From Akkermansia sp. (GTDB lineage: Bacteria > Verrucomicrobiota > Verrucomicrobiia > Verrucomicrobiales > Akkermansiaceae), in assembly GCA_045615585.1 (NCBI GenBank), contig JAZLFB010000280.1, positions 6,219-70,218 of the forward strand: a stretch of DNA of 64,000 bases, read 5' to 3'. A model generated the notes under the pieces. The model saw nothing but the letters and a program-made list of their open reading frames with translations. It was not told the DNA's origin and did not search any database. Position 1 is the first letter of the stretch, and each line of letters begins with the position of its first letter. Made by a program: the position numbers and the translations under genes. Shown piece after piece: positions 19,591 through 28,370 of the stretch.

Positions 19591-20496
19591 ATGCCCGCTT
19601 CTCAACGATTTTTGGCCTATCTGGAGGCCGAGCGCAACGCCTCGCCCCGCACGCTGGAGGCCTACACGCGCTCGCTCGCGCAGTTCCGCGACTGGATGGG
19701 CGAGCGCTTTGCCGCGTGGGAGAGCTGCGAGACCGATGATTTCCGCGACTGGCTGTACGAAGCGATGGAGCAAGAGCTGAAGCCCGCCACCATCCGCCTG
19801 CGTTTTGCCGCGCTGCGCTCATTCTACGTCTACCTCATGCGCCACGAGGGGCTGCCCGCCAACCCGCTTGCCGAGGTCACGCTGCCCAAGGCGCGGCACG
19901 GTCTGCCCGTGCATCTCAGCCTCAACCAAATGGAGCATCTGCTCAACCTCCCCCTGCAAATCGAGCAAGATAAGCGCAACCCCGAATGGATGCCCTACCG
20001 CGACGCGGCGATTCTGGAGCTGTTTTACTCCTGCGGCTTCCGACTCAGCGAACTGGTGAGCCTGAATGCCGACGCGCTGGAGGGCGGCGACGGCTGCGTG
20101 CGCGTGCTGGGTAAGGGGCGCAAGGTGCGCCTGGTGCCCGTGGGCGAATACGCGCGGGCGGCCATCCTCCGTTACCGCGAAATGGCGGCGTTGGAAGCAG
20201 ACGGGCCCCTCTTCGTCAGCCGCTTGGGGCGGCGCATGACAGGGCGCACCATCCAAAAGATGCTGGATAAATACCTGCAAAGCTCCGACATCCCCTTCCA
20301 CATCTCGCCGCACAAACTGCGCCACACCTTTGCCACACACCTGTTGGAAGCGGGTGCCGACCTCCGCGCCGTGCAAGAGCTGCTGGGGCATGCCTCACTC
20401 TCCACCACGCAAATCTACACCCACGTCACCAAGACGCGCATGAAAGAGGTCTACACCCAAGCCCACCCCCGCGCCCATTGGGAGGAAGAAGAGTAA
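19591..20496 (+). CDS. xerC: Tyrosine recombinase XerC/XerD
   Basis: RDAAILELFYSCGFRLSEL (R), GKGRKVR (K), HKLRHTFATHLL (HxxR), LGHASLSTTQIYTHV (H, Y); start ATG 19591. Confidence 0.88.
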   Translation: MPASQRFLAYLEAERNASPRTLEAYTRSLAQFRDWMGERFAAWESCETDDFRDWLYEAMEQELKPATIRLRFAALRSFYVYLMRHEGLPANPLAEVTLPKARHGLPVHLSLNQMEHLLNLPLQIEQDKRNPEWMPYRDAAILELFYSCGFRLSELVSLNADALEGGDGCVRVLGKGRKVRLVPVGEYARAAILRYREMAALEADGPLFVSRLGRRMTGRTIQKMLDKYLQSSDIPFHISPHKLRHTFATHLLEAGADLRAVQELLGHASLSTTQIYTHVTKTRMKEVYTQAHPRAHWEEEE

Positions 20497-20730
20497 AAAA
20501 CGCCAGTTTTGAATCATTGTCCTCCCATACGGCTGCATGAGAAATAGGGATTTGGCAAGATGATATAATCCGAAAAAGTTCTAAGCCCGAGCTTCCGCAA
20601 TTCCGCGCAACGAGTCCTTGTGTTAGCAGATGGTGCTATTGTCTCTGCTGCTCTATGGGATTTTTCCGCCTCGCTTTCGCCACCCCGCCGCCTTTCGGGT
20701 TGCATGCAACCTTGTTTGATTGTTTGTTTG

Positions 20731-20907
20731 ATAAAATCTTGCACGGGCGAAAAAGGGTATTGACTCATGCAGGGGAAGGCGGCAGCCCTGCGTTTTCTGC
20801 TACAGGCAGGGGCAGACAGACACGCTCGTGACCGCCGCGGGCGCACGCCGCTGCAACGCGCCCTTGCGGCGGGGCGGGTAGATTTAGTCCGTCAAATGCA
20901 AGGATAG
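20731..20907 (+). pseudogene. Ankyrin-repeat remnant
   Basis: Manual translation: IKSCTGEKGY*LMQGKAAALRFLLQAGADRHARDRRGRTPLQRALAAGRVDLVRQMQG*. This is about 1.5 ankyrin repeats with an in-frame TGA at 20761. Confidence 0.65.
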
Positions 20908-20942
20908 CGCCCCCTCCCTGCACCGTCTCTTCCCGCCCGAAC

Positions 20943-20983
20943 AAAAAGAACGGCCTGACCGACAAGTCAGACCGTTCTTTTTT
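20943..20983. terminator. Bidirectional intrinsic terminator
   Basis: AAAAAGAACGG.CTGAC / GTCAG.CCGTTCTTTTT inverted repeat between convergent genes. Confidence 0.75.
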
Positions 20984-21031
20984 ATCAGCGCGGGCATTGC
21001 CCGCGCCATTACTAAAACTTTATAAATTCTT

Positions 21032-22399
21032 TTAGCTGTAGGCGGATTCCACCTTCTGAGCCACGTCGCGGTAGCCGTAGTCCACCTCGTAAATAGCCTT
21101 GAGGTTTTCAAGGGATTTCTCCTTGTTGCCCTGCTCTTCGTACATCGTACCAATCATGTACAGAATTTCCTTCTTGGTCTCATCCATGGCAAGCAGCTCG
21201 CCGTTGGCTTCCTCCAACTGGCGGATGGCCATATCGACCATCTTCTTGGCGTGGTAGCACTTGCCGAGCATGAGCATGGCCTTGATGCGCAGGTTGGGGT
21301 TGGTGCGGGCGCGCTGCAAGGCGGGGATGGCCTCGGAGAACTGGTCGGCGTTGAACAGGGCTTCGCCGTACTTGAACTGCAGCTGGGCATCGGTGGGGTT
21401 GGCTTCCACGCGAGCCTTGGCATCGGCCACCACCTGAGCGGCGATTTCGGCCTTGCGGGCTGCAAGGGCGGCGGCGGCTTCCTCGTTGCCGGGGTCGGCG
21501 GCCAGCACCTGCTCGTAGTAGGCAAGCTCTGCCTGCATGGCCTTTTCGTGCATGGCCATGGCCTTGTCGTTGATGGAAACGTCGGCATTGCCGCCCAGCT
21601 GGAAGGCGTAGGCGTAGAAAGAGTAGGCGTTGGCGTAGTCTTCCATCTGCTCGTAGACGGAGGCGATATCCTTCACCACCTGCAGGTTGGCCTGATCGGC
21701 GGCGTACTGCTCGGAGAGCTGACCGAGACGGGCTTCCAACTCCGCCTTGGTAAGACCCATCTTATCCTGGCTTTCAAGGTCGGCGGTGGCGTTGGCGTTC
21801 TTCATCTTGGTGCGGAAGTCGCCCTTGCCCTCCCAGTTGCCCTGCTTCATGGAGGCGCGGGCGGCGCAATCCTTCTCACCGCGCATGGCGATGGAGTCCG
21901 TGCGGTCAATCTGAAGCACGCGGCGGTAAGTCTCGGCGGCTTCGGCAAAGTTTTCGTTCTTGATGTAGTGGTTGGCCAGCATGTGCAGGTGCTTCAGCGG
22001 GTTGGGCTGACCCTGGCAGATAGTCTCCAACGCAAAGGCGGCCAGCTGGGGCAGGTTCAGGTCGTTAGCCGCAGCAAAAAGCGCCTCGTTGGCGGTCACG
22101 GAATAGGGGTCTTTCTCCAAATCGTCCTCGATATCCACGATGGTGGCTTCGGGATTCTTGCGGGTGGTAATGCGGATACCGCCGAAGAGAGAGGAGCGGC
22201 GACCCGCATCGGGCGTGGACTTTACCTCGCAGGCGCGCAGCACCTTGCGGCCCTCAAGGAAACCGGGGGCTTTCTTAATGAGCGCCTTCAGAATGCTGAC
22301 GGCATACTTGTAGTTCTTGGTCTGAACGGCCTGCTGGGCCTTCATCCAGAGCCCCTGCTGGTCGGGGGCAAGCTGGCGATCGGTGATGATGGTAATCAT
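21032..22399 (-). CDS. Tetratricopeptide-repeat protein
   Basis: Repeated TPR-like helices (FAEAAETYRRVLQID; YGEALFNADQFSEAIPALQRA; LYMIGTMYEEQG). Confidence 0.85.
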   Translation of the reverse strand: MITIITDRQLAPDQQGLWMKAQQAVQTKNYKYAVSILKALIKKAPGFLEGRKVLRACEVKSTPDAGRRSSLFGGIRITTRKNPEATIVDIEDDLEKDPYSVTANEALFAAANDLNLPQLAAFALETICQGQPNPLKHLHMLANHYIKNENFAEAAETYRRVLQIDRTDSIAMRGEKDCAARASMKQGNWEGKGDFRTKMKNANATADLESQDKMGLTKAELEARLGQLSEQYAADQANLQVVKDIASVYEQMEDYANAYSFYAYAFQLGGNADVSINDKAMAMHEKAMQAELAYYEQVLAADPGNEEAAAALAARKAEIAAQVVADAKARVEANPTDAQLQFKYGEALFNADQFSEAIPALQRARTNPNLRIKAMLMLGKCYHAKKMVDMAIRQLEEANGELLAMDETKKEILYMIGTMYEEQGNKEKSLENLKAIYEVDYGYRDVAQKVESAYS

Positions 22400-22740
22400 G
22401 GTATGTAAGCGGGGAAAAGTGTAACGCAGAAGAGCAACGACGAAAATCGCCGATGCTTCACCAACTTTCTACCATAAAAGGAATTGCATTTCAACCACCT
22501 TTTTTAAAATTGTTGCAAAATAGGGAAGAAAAACAGGATGAATAGCTGAAGATTGAAATTGACGGCTCGCTATAAGGAAAATTATTCAGAGTATGCGACT
22601 AAGAAGAAGTTTCGTACATTTTTGGCAAAGAGCACGTCTATCTTACCGGAACAGGTTTCGGTCAATCGTACCATTTTCGGTGCTTTCCCGCGCTCGGGAC
22701 GCGCGCGCTCCGGCGCAGCGCAAAAATCACAGAAAATGGA

Positions 22741-22770
22741 TTGACATCCTCGAGGCTGAAATGATATAAG
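22741..22770 (+). promoter_or_regulatory. Sigma70-type promoter upstream of the Sel1 lipoprotein gene
   Basis: TTGACA (22741-22746), 18 bp, TATAAG (22765-22770). Confidence 0.6.
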
Positions 22771-22882
22771 AAACAAGAACTCCCGGTCAAAGGTGGCTTA
22801 TGTTTGCCCACCTCCAATCAAACGAAGGGAACAACCATGGTCGTTCCTCTATGGGGTAGCAATGCAACCACACCATTCCATC

Positions 22883-23713
22883 ATGAACACACACACTACC
22901 ACAACTCTCACCTTGACAGGGGCGGCGCTAGCCATGGTGGCCTGCACTTCCCTGCCCGGCAACATAAACAAGGGCATAGCCGAAGGCTCCCCCTACGCAT
23001 ATTACGAGGCCGGCCAGCATATCGACGCCAGCAAGGTTTCCAAAGACTGTCCGGGGCTAGTGGCGTTCCTTCTCTTCCCCGTCAACATATGCACGGGGGT
23101 TGCCGGACTCTTCCTTGGTTATGAGGGAGAGGACACCGTACGCGTACAAAATTGTTTCTATTACCGCAGCATAGCAAGCAAGAACAAGGAGGCCGCCAAG
23201 TACTACCTCAAGGGCGCCGAGCTGGGTGATGCCGACTGCATGTATGAAATGGGACGCAACTACGAGAATGGGTGGGGAGTGGCAAAGGACCAAGCGAAAG
23301 CCTATGCCTATTACACCCAAGCCGCACAGAAGGGACATGCCCAAGCGCAGGCAAAAGTTACGGTAAAATCTCCCGACAGCATCATAGGCAAGAGACTCTG
23401 CGTCAGAACCAATACCGAATGGAACGGTCTGAACACGGTGGTGAAGGACGACCTGATAACAACCGGCGATTTTTGTGTTTACATATCATACGAGAAAACG
23501 GGTCCGGACACGGCAGAACTGAACTTGTGTATGCCCGGTCCTGATAAGGCCCAAGACAACTACTACCTGCGCTTTACTGACAACCGACACGCGGTCATCA
23601 CCAAGGGATGGGCTGGTGCCGTTCAGAATATTTACAAAGGCGGACGCCTGATAGACCGCCAGTTCCAAAAACATCCGATTAAGAACATCTCAGGAACGGT
23701 TACCATCGAATAA
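22883..23713 (+). CDS. Sel1-repeat lipoprotein
   Basis: Lipobox AMVAC after ATG 22883; Sel1 repeats AAKYYLKGAELGDADCMYEMGRNYENGWGVAKDQAKAYAYYTQAAQKG. Confidence 0.82.
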   Translation: MNTHTTTTLTLTGAALAMVACTSLPGNINKGIAEGSPYAYYEAGQHIDASKVSKDCPGLVAFLLFPVNICTGVAGLFLGYEGEDTVRVQNCFYYRSIASKNKEAAKYYLKGAELGDADCMYEMGRNYENGWGVAKDQAKAYAYYTQAAQKGHAQAQAKVTVKSPDSIIGKRLCVRTNTEWNGLNTVVKDDLITTGDFCVYISYEKTGPDTAELNLCMPGPDKAQDNYYLRFTDNRHAVITKGWAGAVQNIYKGGRLIDRQFQKHPIKNISGTVTIE

Positions 23714-23799
23714 GCCCTGCCTGCCGCCCCGGTCAAAGCCTGAATAGTCCTATGAGCATTCACAGAGGATTACCGGACATAAATAGGCAGCAGGACGAT

Positions 23800-23836
23800 A
23801 AAAAACACCCATCTGACGAGAACGTCAGATGGGTGT
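23800..23836 (-). terminator. Intrinsic terminator (14-bp perfect stem)
   Basis: ACACCCATCTGACG-AGAA-CGTCAGATGGGTGT with an A tract to its left; terminates the flavodoxin gene. Confidence 0.8.
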
Positions 23837-23905
23837 CCGAAATTCCACACGGTTTTACCCGCACTTAAATTCACACTTCAAACAGCAAACATTTTCCATC
23901 CTGTT

Positions 23906-24538
23906 TCAGCGGATGAAATTGGTGGCTACCCACGGCTCACGCTTGGGGAAGGTGATACCGTTTTCCTTGCCCAGCTCAATGCATTTGAGCAGCCATGCCA
24001 TGTTGCGACCGAGGGCGCGCATGGTCTGCATGCCTTCTTCGTCCTTGCGAACATCATCGGGCGTGTAGCCATGTACCATGTTCCAGTATTGGGAGGAGAC
24101 GATGGGCATGTGGTTAATCGTAAAATACTTATTCAACTGGTCAAACGCGCCGACGGCACCGCCGCGGCGGCAACTGACGATGGCGGCACCGGGCTTACCC
24201 TTGAAGATATTGCCCTTGCCGAAGAACAGGCGGTCGCACACCGTGGTGATTTGCCCGCTCGCAGCAGCGTAATGAACAGGGGAACCGAGGATGATGCCGT
24301 CCGCCGCCTCCGCTTTCTCCAGCAGCTCGTTCACGATGTCATCCTTGCGAATGCAGCGCCCTGTTTTCACACAGTTCATACATGCCACACAGGGGGCGAC
24401 AGGCTGAATACCCAGCCACACGATTTCCGCCCCCACGCCGCAGGATTCCAGCGTGTCGGCAATTTCTTTCAGCGCAGTATAAGTGCAGCCCTCGCGGTGC
24501 GGGCTGCCGTTGAGAAGAAGAACTTTTAACGGTCTCAT
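23906..24538 (-). CDS. Iron-sulfur flavoprotein / NADPH-dependent FMN reductase (flavodoxin family)
   Basis: LLNGSPHREGCT, CVACMNCVKTGRC, GSPVHYA, SSQYWN; start ATG 24538. Confidence 0.9.
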   Translation of the reverse strand: MRPLKVLLLNGSPHREGCTYTALKEIADTLESCGVGAEIVWLGIQPVAPCVACMNCVKTGRCIRKDDIVNELLEKAEAADGIILGSPVHYAAASGQITTVCDRLFFGKGNIFKGKPGAAIVSCRRGGAVGAFDQLNKYFTINHMPIVSSQYWNMVHGYTPDDVRKDEEGMQTMRALGRNMAWLLKCIELGKENGITFPKREPWVATNFIR

Positions 24539-24659
24539 AACAAAAGATGATTTTTCGCAAGTATTATACACCGCGCCGCCACCGTTCGGCAAGCGATAAT
24601 TGCCGCCAAGGGTGCCTTTTTCTCTTGCTGCGCGGGCGGTTGGGGGCTATACTGGCACC

Positions 24660-25598
24660 ATGAATTTTACCAAGACAATGTTGCTTCTTCCCGCCGTGCT
24701 GCTTTTTGCCCCTCTGGGTGCTACGGAATGGATGACCGATTTTGACGCGGCCAAGGCGCGAGCCAAGGCGGAGAAGAAAGCGATTCTGGTTGATTTCACG
24801 GGCTCCGACTGGTGCTCTGCCTGCAAGCAGTTGCACGCCAAGGTGCTGAGCACACCTGATTTTGAAGCCTTTGCAGACAAGAATTTCGTGCTGCTGGAGG
24901 TGGATGTTCCCATGCACCCCACCTTCGGTGAGGAGCAGTTGAAGAAGAACAAGGCGCTGGTCAAGCAGTTCCATGTGCAGGGATTCCCGACGCTGCTGGT
25001 GCTGTCACCCGAAGGCAGGGTGGCGGGCGGCTTTGTGGGGGCGCGTTCTTCCTTTGTCTCTACCCAGGGGATTCTGGAGGCAGGGCTGGCGAATGTGAAG
25101 GTATTATCTAAGGCGGACAAGACGAAGGATGCCGCCAAAAAGGCCGAGCGACTGTCGCGCGTGTACCGCAGCTTGGGAGAGGATATCCGCCCCTGTGCCG
25201 CCGAGTTGCGAGAGGAGATGATGGCAGCCGCCCCCGATAACGCCGCTGCGCTTGCCCATGAAAAAGAGGTAGAGCGCCAACGGCAGGAGATGGGTGCCGA
25301 CACGGTGACGCTCTACAACAAAACGCCGCAGCAGATGCAGGAGCTGGTGCAGAAGTACGAAGGCAGCGTCTACCCTGAAAACCGCTTGGCGTTCCTGCAA
25401 ATCAAGATGACCGCCCTACTCTTCAATGCCGAGTCAGTGGCGGATTTGGAACAGGCTAAGGCAACGCTCTTGCAGGATGCCGCCCCCCTGCCCGACAAGG
25501 AGCCTGTGCTCGAACAAATCAACCGCCAGTTTGCCGACCCCGCCACCCTGCTGCAACGCATGCAGGAGTTCAAAAAGGAGCTGCAACAGCAACAATAG
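24660..25598 (+). CDS. Exported thioredoxin-family protein
   Basis: Signal peptide; VDFTGSDWCSACK and GFPTL motifs; helical C-terminal extension. Confidence 0.85.
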   Translation: MNFTKTMLLLPAVLLFAPLGATEWMTDFDAAKARAKAEKKAILVDFTGSDWCSACKQLHAKVLSTPDFEAFADKNFVLLEVDVPMHPTFGEEQLKKNKALVKQFHVQGFPTLLVLSPEGRVAGGFVGARSSFVSTQGILEAGLANVKVLSKADKTKDAAKKAERLSRVYRSLGEDIRPCAAELREEMMAAAPDNAAALAHEKEVERQRQEMGADTVTLYNKTPQQMQELVQKYEGSVYPENRLAFLQIKMTALLFNAESVADLEQAKATLLQDAAPLPDKEPVLEQINRQFADPATLLQRMQEFKKELQQQQ

Positions 25599-25771
25599 CG
25601 CGCCGTCTGCCACGGTGGAAACCGCATCGGTTTTGACGAAGGTTTTAAATCGGACCGGGAAGCGAAGTTCTGCAAGCACAGTATCTCAGCAGAAGCTGTG
25701 GAACGCGTGCCGCAAGAGTACATGGCAGCGGGGTACCCTGTCTACCGCACCGACAGATAAAACAGAGGCTT

Positions 25772-26488
25772 TCACGCGAGGCTGTTCAGGCTCCACCCCT
25801 CATCGCCGTGGTAAATCATGCGGCGGGTCATGCCGCCGTCTATGCAAATGTTTTCACCCGTGATGAAGCCCGCCTTGTCGGAGCAGAGGAAGAGCACCAT
25901 CTCGGCAATATCCGCAGGGGTGCCGACGCGCCCTGCGGGCTGCTGGGCGGCATCTGCCCCGCCGTGGGAAACGCCCAGTGTTTCAATCCACCCCGGTGAA
26001 ACGGAATTCACGCGCACCCGCCCGCCCAGCGACACTGCCAAAGCATGAGTGAGCGCGCCAATGCCGCCCTTGGCTGCCGTATAACTCTCCGTCTGCGCTT
26101 GGCTCATGCGGTCGCGGGAGGAGGCGATATTGACTATGGAACTGCCCGCCGCCATGTGCGGGGCAAAGAGTTTCGCCAGATAAAAAGGAGCTGTCACCCC
26201 CACGGCAAGAGCGTAAGAAAATTCTTCGTAGCTGCATGCGTCAAGCCCTTTCATCAAAGGCAGCGCATTGTTAATCAGGCAATCCACGCGACCGTACTCC
26301 GCCAACACGGCGGCGGCAAATTGTTCCAGCACGCTTTTCTCCGCCAAATCGCCCACAAACGTGACACCGTCGCCCGCTTGCTTATCAATCACGCAGACAC
26401 GCGCGCCTTCCTGCGCGAATCGTTGCGCCATCGCCCGCCCGATACCCTGTGCACCGCCTGTAATCACCACTACTTTATCCTGAAACAT
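25772..26488 (-). CDS. Short-chain dehydrogenase/reductase
   Basis: TGGAQGIG, LINNA, YTAAKGG (YxxxK), VNSVSPGWI. Confidence 0.93.
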   Translation of the reverse strand: MFQDKVVVITGGAQGIGRAMAQRFAQEGARVCVIDKQAGDGVTFVGDLAEKSVLEQFAAAVLAEYGRVDCLINNALPLMKGLDACSYEEFSYALAVGVTAPFYLAKLFAPHMAAGSSIVNIASSRDRMSQAQTESYTAAKGGIGALTHALAVSLGGRVRVNSVSPGWIETLGVSHGGADAAQQPAGRVGTPADIAEMVLFLCSDKAGFITGENICIDGGMTRRMIYHGDEGWSLNSLA

Positions 26489-26606
26489 GCCCTCAGTTTA
26501 CGGAAAAACGCCGCACGCGTCAATGTTAATGAAAGATTACCCTTCCTTAGGAGGGGGTAGAAATGCCCCGGCAAATGGGGATTTGTCGCTCAGATGCACT
26601 CTATCA

Positions 26607-28208
26607 TCAAAAGTCTCGCCCCCAAGTTTCCCGGCGTGCCGCCGTCAACAAAGCCTCATTTTTATATTCCTCCGACAAACCTACCTCGGCAGGCACGGCG
26701 CCAAAGCCCAGCAACAGGCGGGCTATGCGGTCCTGTGCGGGGCGTTTGCCCTGCACCGCCGCCAAGGGGGAGGGTTCAACATTGGGGTTGGCGCCGTAAC
26801 GCAACAGAGTGTAGACCATCTGCTCATCTTCCCGCTCACAGGCGATACGCAGGGCGGATTTACCCGCAAGGTTGCACGCATCGGGCGAAACGCCGCGCGA
26901 CAGAGCGTTGGAAACCTCCGCATCCAAGCCGTATGCCACGGCATTCAGGAACAGGCAGGGCAGCATCTCGCGGTTGCCGATGGGGTCCGCCAAGGGAAAC
27001 GTCTCCCGCAGCAAGCGCCACACTACAGCTGGCGGCGTTTCGTCAGACTCGGCATCCTTGGCTTCGTTTTCCGCATACTCCCAATCAGATTCAAAGATTT
27101 CATCGATGATGCAGAAGGGATGCGCCCCTTTCGCCAACAGAATCCGCACCGTCTCCGCATCATTGTTCCAAATAGCCTCAGACAGGGGACCGTTACCCGA
27201 ATAGCCATCGTACGCCGTCGCATCCACCCCCAGTTCCAACAAGCGGTCAAAGACGTTGCGCGAGCAACTGTCGTAGGCATAATACAAGACGTTTCTGCCG
27301 TCAACATCACAGACATGCGGATTGGCCCCCGCCGCCAACAGCAGCGAGACAAGCTCATCATCTCCGCCCGCCGCAGCTTCTATCAAAGGGGTGCAACCAT
27401 ACGCATCACCCACCGAGGGGTCAGCGCCGTATTGCAACAGCAACTTGGCCAACGTGAGCCTTAAAGCTTTATCCCCGCACAGGCTGCATACCGAAAACAG
27501 CGCAGAGTCGGCACCATGTTCCGCAGGCTTATTCGGGTCTACGCCCGCCCGAAGCAATTTTTCCGTCAGCGCAACATCGGCCTTATCGACGGCGGCGGAA
27601 AGAGCAGTCTCCGGGGTCGCAGCCGTTATGCCCGCCGCCGACAACTCAGGTTGCAGGCGTGCGTAAGCGTCGGCATCCCAAATCGGCGCGCGGCGCAGCA
27701 GCACGCGCTCGCAATCGCGCAGCCAAGCCTTTTCCTCTGCCTCCTGCGTCTCCGCTGTCAGGCGGCGGCAGAAAACAAGCGGCGTTTCGCCCGCGGCATT
27801 CACGGCGGCAGGGTTCGCCCCGTGCTTCAACAGCCAGTCAATCGTTTCCGGTTTGCGAGCTTTCACCGCCAAATGCAGCGGCGCTTCACCCTGCGGCGTG
27901 GGGGTCAGCACATCGGGCTGCGACCAAAATTTCTCCAAGCACCATACAGAAAAGCAAAGCACCGCCGTCTGAAAAGCCGTTTCACCGTTTCGGGCTTTCA
28001 CAGCCACATCAGCCCCCTGCTCTATCAGCGTTCGGGCAATGTAGGTATTATGCCGCAGAGCCTCAATCAACAAAAACTCGCCGCTTGCCGCGCGGCTGTT
28101 CGGCGAAAGGCCCCGCGACAACAAATGCTGCAACAATTCGGCATCGTCGTAACGGAGAGCATCCTCAAACGTAAGGTCATAGGTAGGGTAATGTGTCTTG
28201 GTGTTCAT
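26607..28208 (-). CDS. Multi-ankyrin-repeat protein
   Basis: About 10 ankyrin-like units (GETAFQTA, GEAPLHLA, GETPLVF, GCTPLIEAAAGG, GRNVLYYA, GKSALRIAC); start ATG 28208. Confidence 0.88.
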   Translation of the reverse strand: MNTKTHYPTYDLTFEDALRYDDAELLQHLLSRGLSPNSRAASGEFLLIEALRHNTYIARTLIEQGADVAVKARNGETAFQTAVLCFSVWCLEKFWSQPDVLTPTPQGEAPLHLAVKARKPETIDWLLKHGANPAAVNAAGETPLVFCRRLTAETQEAEEKAWLRDCERVLLRRAPIWDADAYARLQPELSAAGITAATPETALSAAVDKADVALTEKLLRAGVDPNKPAEHGADSALFSVCSLCGDKALRLTLAKLLLQYGADPSVGDAYGCTPLIEAAAGGDDELVSLLLAAGANPHVCDVDGRNVLYYAYDSCSRNVFDRLLELGVDATAYDGYSGNGPLSEAIWNNDAETVRILLAKGAHPFCIIDEIFESDWEYAENEAKDAESDETPPAVVWRLLRETFPLADPIGNREMLPCLFLNAVAYGLDAEVSNALSRGVSPDACNLAGKSALRIACEREDEQMVYTLLRYGANPNVEPSPLAAVQGKRPAQDRIARLLLGFGAVPAEVGLSEEYKNEALLTAARRETWGRDF

Positions 28209-28370
28209 AGGGAGCAAGCGAATTGTAGTCTGATGAGGAGAAAAAGGCAAGCGGAAAACCTGAGTCACGCGCGTGTATCATCCGTTTTCGCCCTCTTTAG
28301 TCTTGAAATCGGGTGTCTATATGTTACCATAGGGGCACACCACCTCATCCCTAACCAACACCCGAAAGCG

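Noticed and set aside
19591-20496. Tyrosine recombinase as prophage/integron integrase mobilising the repeat elements
   Set aside because: Size and motifs fit housekeeping XerC/D. It is in an operon with panE, and no att sites, cassettes or phage genes were seen.
27516-28370. ORF-track 938-aa version of the AAA ATPase
   Set aside because: The first 285 aa are the antisense shadow of the ankyrin gene. Coding-like sequence begins at ATG 28371.
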